Source of the DNA: Ginglymostoma cirratum
Lineage: Eukaryota
Reading direction: 5' to 3'
NCBI GenBank assembly: GCA_024137785.1
Contig: JAHRHZ010000099.1
Span: 1,317,262-1,381,261, forward strand
Length of the DNA: 64,000 bases
Shown here: piece after piece, positions 50,990-63,374 of the stretch
Layout: each line of letters opens with the position of its first letter
How positions within the stretch are numbered: position 1 is the stretch's first letter
Notes under the pieces: generated by a model
What the model saw: only the letters and a program-made list of their open reading frames with translations
Told to the model about the DNA's origin: nothing
The model's database searches: none
Position numbers and translations under genes: made by a program

Positions 50990-51440
50990 AGAAACATTCA
51001 ACCAGGGAACAAGAGTAGGCCTCTCTTCCCGTCCAATCTGCCCTGTCATTCAATAACATCATGGCTGATCTGGACTTTAACCTCAACTCTGCATTCCTGC
51101 ACACCCCCAATAATCATTTAGTCCCTTGATAATCAAGAATCTATCCACCTCAATATTTAAAATGTTTAAAGATTTGGCATCTATACATTTTGAGGAAGGA
51201 AATTTCAAAGACTCACAATTCCCTGACAGAATGATCTTCCTTATCTCTACCTTAAAAGGAAACTCTTTAGTTGTAAACGAAGACCCTGATTCTAGACATT
51301 CCCCCAAGAGGAAACATCTTTTCCACATCTACCTGGTCAAGTCCCCTTAGGATCTTATGTGCTTCAGTTAACTTACCTGTGATTTTGCTAAATTCCAGAC
51401 GATATAGGCCTAGCGTCTGTAGCCTTTCCTGATAAGGCAA
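50990..51440 (-). mobile_element. CR1 LINE 3' end
   Basis: Minus-strand ORFs contain YQERLQTLGLYRLEF and EVDRFLIIKGL, followed by a CR1 3' UTR. Confidence 0.8.
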
Positions 51441-53199
51441 TCTCCAGAAGACAGAAGCGAAAGAGCTGGTAACATCCCCCAACAAATATGAATCAATTAG
51501 CAATTCTTCCTTGCCTTATTAAGGCATTTAAAACTAGTTCAGGAGACCACAAGAATGATAACTTATGCTAATGAGCAAATCCTTCCTGCTTCTTTGCCAT
51601 TAACAAGGCCAGATCACTCCTGATGATATGCAGTTCAAGCCAGAAACCTACTCCCCAGCTCTCCTATTCCCGAGGCAAAGAAACACTAACATATTTTGTG
51701 TGATTGGGAAAGAAATTGATGGATGACATTTTTGAGAGCAGGGGGCACTGTTCATTAAGAATGTTGCTGGTTCTGTGGACAAATACATTTGTCTGTAGTG
51801 TACATTAAAATCATGGAAATTTGAGTCATAGAGTGTGCTATGCTTCAGCGGTGGCTAACTGGGCATACAGTAAGGATAAATAATTCATAATAATATATAG
51901 GCTTCTACAGCTACAATAAAACAAATGAATGTTTGAAGGTGTTTTGAACAGTACAGGATGGTGTTTTTTGGAAGTCAATTACTATTTATAGCAAATCTAA
52001 TGCATTGTTCACTGGCAGACATGTCTTCTTCTCCTGTAGGTTTGTCAATCCTGGCGTGATCTGGAGGTATGGTCCTGGCACGATCTGGAGGTGAGACCTG
52101 GTGCAATCTGATAGCAATACCTGATGCAGTTTGGTGGTGAGCCCTGGTGAAATCAGCTTGAAGGACTGTAGTGTTGAACCTTTTATTCCTTTATTTTTCT
52201 ACTTTATTCCTAAGATCCTGTACCCAGGTACCTTTGTACTTAAGATGGCACCGTGTATGGTGACTTTGTAAACTTTTCACTGCATTCATATAAGTACACA
52301 TGACAATAAAGCTAATTCTAATTCAATCAAAGTGAGGATGTAAATAACTGGTAAACTGGTGAATAAATGTAATGAAACCTTGCTCACTGGATTGAAACAC
52401 TTCCAAAAATAATTGCCAATGGCTTCAGACAACAATCTCACTGAATTCGAGCCGTGCCCCCAATCTCCCTATTATAGATACTAATGTCACCCCCACCCCT
52501 TGCAAATTGATTAACTCTATCTAAGAGTACAAAGTAGCTATCGATAATGGACATACCATAGATTATAGTGCCGAGGTCTTATATACCAGGACTGTTGGCT
52601 ACTCTCAGCAAACTCCTCCAGGTTATCTAATGAAATTTTTGTGTTATTTTTTCGTGGGATGTGGGCATTGTTGGCTAGGCTGGCATTTATTGACCATCCC
52701 TTGTTGCCCAGTGGGTCTAGAATTACCTGTAGGCTAGACCACGTAAGAGTGGCGGACATCTTTTGTAAGCACTTTGGTGAATCAGATGGGTTTTCACAAC
52801 AATCAACAATCCCTTTCCCAGAACATTACCTGGATTTCTGGATTAATAGTCTAGTGTTACCGCCAGCAGACCGTTGACGACCTGAAAAAAAATTAATAGA
52901 ATTTGATAAGGTCCCACCTGTTCTCAACTCAAAGTTCTATGCAGTAACTAAATTTTGTGTATTTTATGCAATTAAGAGACAGAAAGCAATTGGTGCTTCA
53001 GAGGCAAATTGGAAGAATTACGCCAGATTAAAGGAAGTACTGAACTGCCTGTCCAAAGGATGGCTAGAGATAACAAGGTGTAGAGCTGGATGAACACAGC
53101 AGGCCCAGCAACATCAGAGCAGGAAGGCTGACGTTTTGGACCTTGACCCTTCTTCAGGGGGAAAAAAAGTGCTATTCGCTCAAGCTTTGATGAGGATGA

Positions 53200-53410
53200 A
53201 ACGAAATAACTCTGCGCATGCGTAAAACGCACGTCCGCATCATCAGGACGCGACGGCATGTGTTTCAGCGCCGAGACCTACATGTGCGTGAAACGTTATT
53301 CCGATGACGCCTTGTGGAGCGACATCAGTTCGCATGACGTCAGATTAGGGAAGAGGGCTGAGTGAAATGGGGGTGGTTTCAGTATTGAAATTACACATCC
53401 GACAGGTGAC
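53200..53410. promoter_or_regulatory. CpG-rich promoter-like patch with NRF1-like and CRE motifs
   Basis: TGCGCATGCG at 53213-53222, TGACG half-site at 53305 and a full TGACGTCA at 53335-53342, with locally high CpG density. Confidence 0.5.
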
Positions 53411-54457
53411 TTTATTCCGGTGTATAAGATAACGTGGAAATGTTATATCTAGAACATTGCTCTTAACGAAATTGACATGGGTCAATGGAACACATGCTCA
53501 ACAACAAAAGCCAATGCCAATGAAGAGGCATTGACTTACTGGTATCGGACATCTTCCGAAAAAGAAGGTTTTGGATAACTGAACAAAATGTTAGGGAACG
53601 ATGTGAACTTTCGAGAGGGAGCGGCAAAAGGAGAACGAGAACTGTGTTCGTGAATGCCTGAACGATTCCACTCAACTGTGCTGCATTTGCAGGACAATAG
53701 ATGCAGCAGTTAGTATATCTGTGGGCTATTTGTAGTCAAATTTGGCTCTGTAGCACGGGTTGAAACGAATCATCAGCCGAGTTTATATTTCACCGGATTT
53801 ATATCATTTTATATACTGTCGCTTTCAATCTCTACAGCATTTGAATGCCAGTCAGTTCTTACGCACGCAAATGAATAAACCAGTCTTAAAAGACGGGTTT
53901 AATTCCAGTTGACTCCTGATACTTGCGCAGAGGCGGGCGCGTCTTTCTTTGGAAATTCGATCAAGCCATTTGAGGCATGCATTGTGGATAGCAAGTTCAG
54001 ATTGTCAATGCGGTCAAACCATCATCTAAATTATTGTATTAAATTTGTTAGACACTCCTAAAGAACTTTTTAATGTCAAGTGCAAACTAACGGAATGATT
54101 TATTTTCGCTGGGCTCTATTTCAGCGCGTGCAGAATATAGAACAGTGCAGCCCAGGAACAGGCCGTTCGGCCCTCCATTTCAGTGCCGATCATCATGCCA
54201 CTCTAAGCTAATCCTGTAGCAACTGGAACCAAGTCAGCTAGGTGGACCTCGTAGAATGTAATTGGATTGGAGCTGTTAACCTGGTCCAATCAGAATTCTG
54301 GCTGACAGATATAAACAGGAGTGTCAGGGGTTCTGAGATATCCTTTGCCAATTGTGCTCACTGTCCACAACTCCACCAATTTTCGTGTCACCAGCAACTA
54401 TTACTATTAAGAAAGTGATGGGAATTGATGAAGGGAGGAGAGACATGTTACATATAT

Positions 54458-57400
54458 ATTTCTTCTATTCATTTGTGGAATGTGGCCAGCATTTCTTGCC
54501 CATCCCCTAGTTGCCCTTGAGAAGGTGGTGGTGAGCTGCCTTCTTGAACTGCTGCAGTCTACCAGCTGTAGGTTGACCCACAATGTCATTAGGGACGGAA
54601 TTCCAAGACTTCGACCCAGCGACAGTGAGGGAACGGCAATATATTTCCAAGTCAGAATGGTGAGTGGCTTGGAGGGGAACTTGGAGGTGTTCTATATGTC
54701 TGCTGCCCTTGTCCTTCTAGATAGAAGTAGTTATGGGTTTAGAGGGTGCTGTATGAGGATCTTTGGTGAATTTCTGCAATGCATCTTGTAGATAGTACAC
54801 ACTGCTGCTACTGAGTGTTGGTGGTGGAGGGAGTGAATGCTTGTGGATGTGGTGCCAATCAAGCGGGGTGCTTTGTCCTGGATGGTGACAAACTTCTTGA
54901 GTGTGGTTGGAGCTGCACTCATCCAGGCAAGTGGGGAGTATTCCATCACACTCCTGACTTGTGCCTTGTAGATGGTGAACAGGCTTTGAGGAGTCAGGAA
55001 GTGAGTTACTCACAGCAATGTTCCTAGCTTGCGGCTTGCACTTGTGGCCGCTGTATTTATGTCGTGAGTCCAGTTGAGTTTCTGGTCAATGATCACCAGG
55101 ATAGTGATAGTGGGGAATTCTGTCATGGTAACACCGTTGAGTATCAAGGGGTGGTGGTTAGATTGTCTCTTATTGCTGATGGTCATGGCCTGACATTTGT
55201 GTGGCACGAATGTCACTTGCCGCTTGTCATCCAAAGCCTGGGTATTGTCCAGATCTTGTTGCCTGTGAACACAGACTGCTTCTGTATCTGAGGAGTCAGG
55301 AATGGTGCTGAACATTGTGCAGTCATCAGTGAACATCCCCACTTCTGACCTTATGATGGAGGGAAGCTCATTGATGAAGCAGCTGAAGATAGTTGGGCTG
55401 AGGACACAACTCTGAGGAACTCCTGCAGAGATGTCCTGGAACTGAAATGATTGAACTCCCACAACAACGACAATCTTCCTATGTGTCAGGTATGACTCCA
55501 ACCACCGGACAGTTTGTCTCATTGATTCCAGTTTTCCTAGGGTTCCTTGATGCCGCATTTGGTTGAATGCAGCCTTGATGTCAAGGGCTGTCACTCTCAC
55601 CTCACTTCTGGAATTCAGCTCTTTTGCCCACGTTTGAACCAAAGCTGTAATGAGATCAGGAGCTGAGTGGCCCTGGCGGAACACATTCTGCACATCACAG
55701 AGCAGGTTATTGCTGAGCAGGTGCTGCTTGATAGCACTGTTGACGATGCCTTCCATCACTTTACTGATGATTGAGAGTAGACCGTTGGGGCGGTAATTAG
55801 CTGGGTTGGATTTGTCCTGCTTTTTATGTACAGGATATACTTGGGCAATTTTCCACATTGCCAGGAAGATAACAGTATTGGAACAGCTTGGCTAAGGGAG
55901 CGGCAAGTTCTGCAGCACAAGTACTCAGTACTATTCCCAGAATATTATTAGGACTCGTAGCCTTTGCAGTATCCAGTGTCCCCAACCATTTCTTGATATC
56001 ACGTGCAGTGAATCAAATTGGCTGAAGACTGGTACCTGTAGTGCTGGGAGTTGCTGGAGGAGGCCAGGATGGATTTTCCACTCAGCACTTCTAGCTGAAG
56101 ATTGCTGTGAATGCTTCAGCATTATCTTTTGCACCGATGTCCTGGGCTCTTTCATCATTGAGGATGGGGATATTTGTGGAGTCTCCTTCTCCAGTGAGTT
56201 GTTTAATTGTCCACCACCATTCACGAGTGGATGTGGCAGGACTACAGAGCTTAGATCGGATCCGTTGGTTGTGTCATTGCTTAGCTCTGTCTATCACTTG
56301 CTGTTTTTGCTGTTTGGTGTGCAAGTAGTCCTGTTTGGAGGCTTCACCAGGTTGATACTTCATCTTCAGGTATGCCTGGTGCTGCTCCTGGCACGCCCTC
56401 CTGCACTCTTCATTGAACCAGGGTTGATCCCTTGTCTTGATGGTAATGGTCAAGTCTGGAGTATGCTGTGCCATGAGGTTGCAAATTGTGCTGGAGTACA
56501 ATTCTGCTACAATTCTCCTCATGGATGCCCAGTCTTGAGTTGCTAGATCTGTGCGAAGTCTGTCCCACCTAGCATGGTGATAATGCCACACAACACGATG
56601 GAAATTATTCTCAATATGAAGGCGGGACTTCATCTCTAAAAGGACTATGCAATGGTCACTCTTACTGATACTGTCATGGATGGATGCAACTGCAGCTGGC
56701 AGATTGGTAAGGGTGAGGTCAAAAATGTTTTTCCCTCTTGTTTGTTTGCTCACCACTTGCCACAGACCCAGTCTAGCAGTTATGTACTTTAGGAGCCAAG
56801 CAGCTTGATCTGTAGTACTGCTGCCAAGCCACTCTTGGTGGTGGATATTGAAATGCCCCACCCAGAGTACATTTTATGCCTTGCCATCCTCAGTACTTCC
56901 TCCAAGTGTTGTTCAACGTAGAGGAGTACCAATTAGTCAGCTGAGGGAAGACAGTATGTGGTAATCAGCAGGAGGTTTCCTTGCCAGTGTTTAACCTGAA
57001 GCCATGAGACTTCATGGGGTCCGGAGTCAATGTTGAGGACTCCAACAGAAACAACCTCCCAACTGTATACTACTGTGTCACCACCTCTGCTGGGTCTGTC
57101 CTACTGGTGGGACAGGACATATCCAAAGATGGTGATGGTGGTGTCTGGAACATTGTCTGTAAGGTATGATTCGTGAGTATGACTATGTCAGGCTGTTGTT
57201 TGACTAGTCTGTGAGACAGCTCTTCTAATTTTGGCACTAGTCCTCAGATGTTAGTGAGGAGGACATTACATGGCCAACAGGGCTATTTCTGCTGTTGTCT
57301 TTTCCAGTGCATGGGTCAATGCCAGGTGCTCTATCAGGTTTAATTTCTTTGCAACTTTGTACTGATTGGTACAACTGAGTGGCTTGTTAGGCTATTTCAG

Positions 57401-57690
57401 AGGGCAGTTGAGCGTCAACCACATTGCTGTGGGTCTGGAGTCACATGTAGGCCATACCACATGAGGGTGGCCGTTTTCCTTTCCTGAAGGACATTAGTGA
57501 ATTAGATGGGTTTTTCCAACAATCAGCAATGATTTCATGGTGGTCAGTAGATTCTTAATTCCAGACTTTTTTAATTACTAATTCAAATTCCACCACTGCC
57601 ATGGTGAGGTTCGAACCCGAGTCACCAGAAAATTAGTTGAGTTTCTGGATTAATAGTCTAGTGATAATACCACGAGGCTATTGCGTACCC
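54458..57690 (-). mobile_element. Near-complete CR1/L2-group LINE (ORF2 only) with a tRNA/Deu SINE-like 5' end
   Basis: Endonuclease start LLTNI*GLVPKL...PDIVILT near 57262, GHFN and SDH motifs (56274-56861), and RT (ALDIKAAF, GVPQSCVLSP, FTDD in 55010-55858). The 3' tail matches the Deu-SINE tail. The 5' end has A-box-like (57670-57680) and B-box (GGTTCGAACC, 57608-57617) motifs and a Deu body. Confidence 0.88.
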
Positions 57691-57699
57691 CTATTATAG

Positions 57700-58790
57700 A
57701 GGTCCCAGCACTGATCCTTGCAGAGCACCACTGAGTCACAGACTTCCAATCAGAAAAAGGACCCCTCCACAACTACCTACTTCTTCTATTACCAAGCCAA
57801 TTTTGTATCCAACTTACCAATTCACAGTGGATTCCATGTAACTTAGTCTTCTGGACAGCCTATCATGAGGGACCTTGTCAAATGCTTTACTAAAGTCCAT
57901 GCACACAGTATCTACTTGCCTTATCAATCATCTTTGTGACTTACTCAAATAACTCAATCAAATTTGTGAGACCAGATCTCCCATGCACAAAGCCACACTG
58001 ACTATTCATAATAAGTCCATTCTTTTCCAAGGTCAAAAATCACACGACGCCAAGTTTCAATGTTAAGGCTGTTATATTTCAAGATGGGGGTAGGGGTGTA
58101 CTCACTGGTTTATGATAAAGACATATAATTGGGCACATGTATAGTCATTTTAATCAACCAGTTTTTTTCCCTTTATTCTTTCACAGGATGAGGGAGTCAC
58201 TGGGTAGGTAGCATTTATTGCCCATCTGTAATTGCCCAGAGGACAGTTAAGAGTCAATCAGTCAATATAGTCGAACAGGTTTCTTTGTGTGTAAAGACTA
58301 CCCCTAAGAATCTTCCCCAGTAATTTCCCTAACACTGATGTAAGGTTCACCAGTATATAATTTCCTGGATTTTCCCTGATCCCTTCTTAAACAAAGGAAC
58401 AACATTGGTTATTCTCCAGTTTTCTGGTGCTTCAACTGTGACGAAAGGGGAATAAAAAGACCTCTGTAAAGGCCCCCGCCATCTCTTCACTTGCTTCCCT
58501 CAGTATCCTGTGATAGATCCCAACAGGCCCTGGGGACTTATCTACCTTAAAGTTTTTCAAGACGCCCAACGCCTCTTTCTTAATTTCATGATACCCTAGA
58601 ATATCAATGTACCCCTCCTTAATCTTACTATCATCCATGACCACCTTCTTAATGAATACTGATATGAAGTAATCATTAAGGACATCCTCTGGCTCAGACA
58701 TAAATTTCTTTCTTTGTCCTTGACCTACCTTTTCCCTAACTATTCTCTTGTTCCTAATATACACGTAAAATGCCTTGGGATTCTCTTTAC
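57700..58790 (-). mobile_element. CR1 RT fragments with small nested inserts
   Basis: ORF 58432-58764 contains VDKSPGPVGIYHRILRE, and RT motifs occur at 57700-58030. Confidence 0.7.
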
Positions 58791-59084
58791 ATAGAATATC
58801 AATTCAAATTTAGAGAATGCAATCCATGACTACTTTGTAAGTGTGAATTGAATCGTTGCTGTCAATAAAGTTGGCAAATCCAATGTGTTTTACTTCCCTC
58901 CACCATAACTGAGCTGGATCAGCAGAATGGGACAAAGTGCTTCACTGTGGGTGTGGAACATGTCTTTCCTCCCTTCACGAAGTCCCATAACATTCTTAAT
59001 AGTACCTGAAACCATAAAAAACAAATAGTGATCTCATTTTATACAGCTCAACAAATAATAACATTGGCAGTCCTTAGTTAATTG

Positions 59085-60070
59085 TGTCATGATCCACTGG
59101 GATAGTGCACTGCAAATCAAGGCCCAGTATTCCCTGATATTGCCATAAATGTGACTATTTAATGATACGACCAGAAGTCCCAACTCTGACTGACTGCTAC
59201 CCATTATGAGAGCAAACCACTCCAAGTTTCTTCAGTAACAATAAAAATTACTTTATTTATTATAAGAATATAACTTTAATAAAAGAATATAACTTAATAA
59301 AAGAACAAGATTTCAATTTTATGTAGCTTAAACTTTACTCCTTTCATAATTCCCACACATTAACACATAAAGGAAAACAGTCAAAACACAAATGTTATGA
59401 AGGCGTGGGCGATACTCAGTAGAATACATTTGGGTATCATCAGTCAAAATTCACAAATCTAGATGAGTTGGTTACACCATCCTGTTCTATTCCTCCATGA
59501 TACTTTGAAGGTCTCTACACAAGGATGACCAGTTTCTAGTTAACTGGTTGCTTGGTTGGATTTGGGGTTTTTCTTATCCCTTTGAGTTTTAGAATCATTT
59601 CTTTAAGAAACTCGGCATGTAGTTATCCCTGCTCTTTCAGTGGTGAGTGGGAGTTTTATAGTGCAAGAGATTTTAATGATGGAAAGATGATGATGCAAGC
59701 CTCCAAGGTTTCTGACCTGTTTGGTTCGCATTCCCCCTCATAGGTTCTGTGCTGAACTGCAACCAATCCGAGCTTGTTACTACTCTAAGCTCTCCTGAAT
59801 CCACAACGTGGTATCTATTGGAAAGCCAATCAAAAGGCTGTCTCTAGGTAGATTTATCTTGATCACACAAAAACATGCTTATCTGGACACAGTGTACCAG
59901 AAGTAATATTGTTGCATCTGGAGCAGTAAGCGTCACTTATTTATCCAAAACTGCAAACATTCCTTGTATTTTATGTCCTTTTTAAAGTAGTGGGGTTTTT
60001 TTCTCATTTGCAGTCTAAAAAAAGACGAGATTTGATCTCTTAAAAGTGGAATTTGCACCCTTATGTTACG
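59085..60070 (-). mobile_element. Probable solo LTR
   Basis: Termini TGTCATGA...TGTTACG (degenerate TG...CA), flanking AATTG/AATTT as a possible TSD, and internal AATAAA on the minus strand. Confidence 0.4.
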
Positions 60071-60419
60071 AATTTATCTGTGTATCAGGAACCTAACAAT
60101 TCATATTACTGAAGCTGATCTGCAAAAATGGTAGTTATCATGTCGGCTAATCTGTGTTGGTAATTTCTGAAAGTTCAGAACTGTTGATGATCTAATACTG
60201 TTACCTCTGGAAGATAGGTAACTTTCTTGATAGAGCAGATTTCGTACTAGTTCAGATTGTCCAATTGAGTCCTGTCATCATAGGAAGGGTTTGTAGAGTA
60301 CAGAACGCACGGTACTGCTTCTTTTGGTAAATAAAGAAAAATGACAGGAGGGATTGGATAATTATCCGTTTTATGCAGCTGCCTGAATTAGTCTTTTGGT
60401 TCTCGTCTCAATCTTCACA

Positions 60420-60976
60420 ATGTCTGAGTGGTTTCACGTTGTCAGCGTGCTGATATTTTTAATGTCAGGTAAATCTTTCTGCAATGTTTCGTACCGAGAT
60501 GATTTGCTGTGAGTGACGATTTGTTTTGTGTGTCTGAAGCTTTCAACATCTTCCTTCGTGTACAGGCTCAAAAGTGATTGTTCTCCTGAACAAACCCCTA
60601 GCCCTGGGCTAAAGTATTGAAATAAACTTGACATCGACTGTGTTCTGAGGAAGGGTCACCGGACCCGAAACATTAACCCTTGCTTCCTTCACAGATGCTG
60701 TCAGATCCACTGAGCTTTTCCAGCAACTTTGTTTTCGCTGTGTGTGTTGACACCGACTGGGGTCGCCCTGGGACACGCAGCTGTCTCCTAGTACCAGCCA
60801 AAATCTGAGATTGCCCCTCAGTATGTTCTGTACCATAGCCCTCAAACTGTGAGCAGGTACTCAACTCGAACCTCATCAGTCAGCTGCAATCGGAGGATTA
60901 GGCAAACTATGATTTTGGGTTGCAGATTGACTCCACCACGGAGTATCTGGGATAGCGTCCAAGCCGACTGTTCTGA
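60420..60976 (+). pseudogene. Third, highly decayed germline-joined IgL L-VJ pseudogene (inverted orientation)
   Basis: Leader exon 60420-60468 (MSEWFHVVSVLIFLMS G|GTAAAT), a 97-nt intron and acceptor TACAG|GC TCA. After removing the insert at 60641-60746 it reads TPTGVALGHAAVS*YQPKSEIAPQYVLYH...ISQLQSED*ANYDF...SGIASKPTVL A|GT, collinear with the V1 and V2 CDR1, FR2, FR3 end and J. Confidence 0.85.
60641..60746 (+). mobile_element. Penelope-like terminal fragment inserted in pseudogene 3
   Basis: Flanked by a 13-bp TSD, TTGACA(T/C)CGACTG (60628-60640 and 60747-60759). Contains CTGAGGA-A-GGGTC-ACCG-GACCC-GAAA-CATTA. Confidence 0.8.
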
Positions 60977-62796
60977 GTAGCTAATAGTAGCTAATAGCTA
61001 ATAATTCATCGTTCAGTCAATAAAATGCCAAACTTTGAAAATAGGTGTCAAAGATTTGGAAAGGCAATCGCATGTATTCAAATAGCATTGAAATCAGGGT
61101 AACTAGGGACAAGCAATAAAATGGCTAGTCAGCGACGTTCACAGCCGACAAACGGATAAAAAAATGCACTTTCGAAAACGGGGTCTTGTGATGCAGGAGT
61201 AGCGTCCCTACCTCTGGACTAGACAGTCCGTGTTCAAATTCTACATAACAAGAAGGTGTATGGCAGTATGTCTGAACAGATTGATTAAAAGTCTTTACAT
61301 TTACCAAGAGTACTTGCGGAATTTCGCTGGTGCGGCCCACAGATTCAAAATGTCCTGTGCAGTATCTTAATCCTTGTCCAATAGAAATAAAAGGTAAAGT
61401 CGCCATAGTCCCAAAGGTTCATAGGCCTGCTCTCACATTAGGGAGACTGATGGTGAGGCTTGGTTGAGACCAAGCCTTAGCCAGGGGCAAGGTTGAGATG
61501 GATAGTCCTTCAGCTGTAAGGGAATTGAACCCAATCTATTGGTATCACGTTGCACTGCAAACCAGCCATCCAGCCAACTGAACAGAGTATTGCTGTTCCT
61601 TCACGTGGCCGGGTCAAAATCCTGGAACTCCTTCATTAAACTTTGAGCTATGCCAAATGTATGCAGCTGTTCAAGAGGGCAGCTCATCATAACTTTTTCA
61701 AGGACAATGAGAGTAGGGAAAGAAATACTGGCCTAATCATTGAAGCCAACATCTCTTGAATGATTTTTTTAAAAATGGATGTGGAGACACCATGACCACA
61801 CCTGAAGGTAAAGAAACAGCATTGCAGGAAGTGCAATCCAGCATTAGCTCTTCATTTTAGTGTTTAGTTCAATGTTACATCTCTTCCAGGTATGCCCACC
61901 TTAAAAATGTTCTGCTCCTCTCTCCAATAAAATATTTTTGTCATCTTTGTTTTTGTTCACCATCATTATTTTCATTTTTGTTTATTTTTCCTGGCTTACT
62001 ATCAACACTCCTTTTGTCTGCCTATCTTGTTTTCTCTCTCTGTGTCTCTGGGCTCAGTCTCCACCTCTTCACTCAATCCTTTAACAAAGAAGGATCACTA
62101 GACCCGAAATGTCAACTCTGCTTTCTCTCCATACGTGCTGCCAGACTTGCTGAGTGTTTTTCCAGCAATTTCCAGTTTTGTTGTTACTGTGCAAGAATAT
62201 CATTGATTGTGCTGAGGCTTGCAGTTTAGCCTCAAAGTTTATTTTCTCCCTCTTTTTTAAACTTTCCCACTCCCCTGCCTTATCGTTAGCATTTGCCAAA
62301 ATATAGGTTTTGTCTTCGTTCGATCTGATGCTATCCTTAACTTTCCTGGTTAATTGTGGTTGGCTATCACCCTCCCACAATCCTTCTTCCTCATTGGAAT
62401 ATGTCGTGCTGTTGATCTTAATGGACTTCACCCGAGCATCTTTAAAGTGGTAGCTCCTGAACATGTAGAATCATTGGTGGCAATTTTCCATAATTTGCAT
62501 GTTTTCTGTAAGAGAAATGGTGGCAAAATTTGCAGATGATACAAAGACAGGTAGGAAAATACATTGTGAAGATGACATAATAAGGATTCAGACTGATCAC
62601 TAAGATGACTAAGTGGGAAAATATCCAGCAGACAGCATAAAATCTGGTAAAATGTGAAGTAACAAATACCCAGATTATTATTTAAAGGGCAAACTACAGA
62701 ATTCAGAGGGACAGAGATTAAATGTTCTGATGCATGAGTCACAAAAATTTAATATGCAGGTATAGCAAGTCATTAAGACAACAAATGGAATGTTAT

Positions 62797-63374
62797 GAGA
62801 TAACAAGCATGGGGCTGGATGAACACAGCAGGTCAAGCAGCATCATAGGAGCAGGAAAACTTGACATTTCGGGCCTAAACCCTTCATCAGAAATGGGGGA
62901 GGGGAAGAGGGTTCTGAAATAAATAGGGAGAGAGGGGGAGGCGGATAGAGGATGGATAGAGGAGAGGATAGGTGGAGAGGAGGCAGACAAGTCGAAGAGG
63001 CGGGGATGGCTCTACCTACACTCACCTTTACTGGCTCCATCCCTGCCTCTTACCCCTTGACCTGTCCGTCCTCCCTGGACTGACCTATCTCCTCCCTACC
63101 CCCCTACCTACACTCACCTTTACTGGCTCCATCCCCGCCTCTTCGACTTGTCTGCCTCCTCTCCACCTATCCTCTCCTCTACACATCCTCTATCCGCCTC
63201 CCCCTCTCTCCCTATTTATTTCAGAACCCTCTTACCCTCCCCCCATTTCTGATGAAGGGTTTAGGCCCGAAACGTCAAGTTTTCCTGCTCCTATGATGCT
63301 GCTTGACCTGCTGTGTTCATCCAGCCCCATGCTTGTCATCTCGGATTCTCCAGCATCTGCAGTACCTTTTATCT
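62797..63374 (+). mobile_element. Young Penelope-like element with inverted arms and a 15-bp TSD
   Basis: 62797-63008 is the near-perfect reverse complement of about 63128-63342, with a 3' tail of about 32 nt. TSD CAAATGGAATGTTAT lies at 62782-62796 and 63375-63389. It is inserted into a CR1 remnant. Confidence 0.88.
63246..63279 (+). ncRNA. Minimal type I hammerhead ribozyme motif (Penelope-associated)
   Basis: TTT-CTGATGA-A-GGGT-TTAG-GCCC-GAAA-C-GTC-AAG. It has the conserved CUGANGA and GAAA boxes, helix II, a GUC cleavage triplet and a short helix I. A mirror copy lies on the minus strand at about 62860-62893. Confidence 0.7.
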
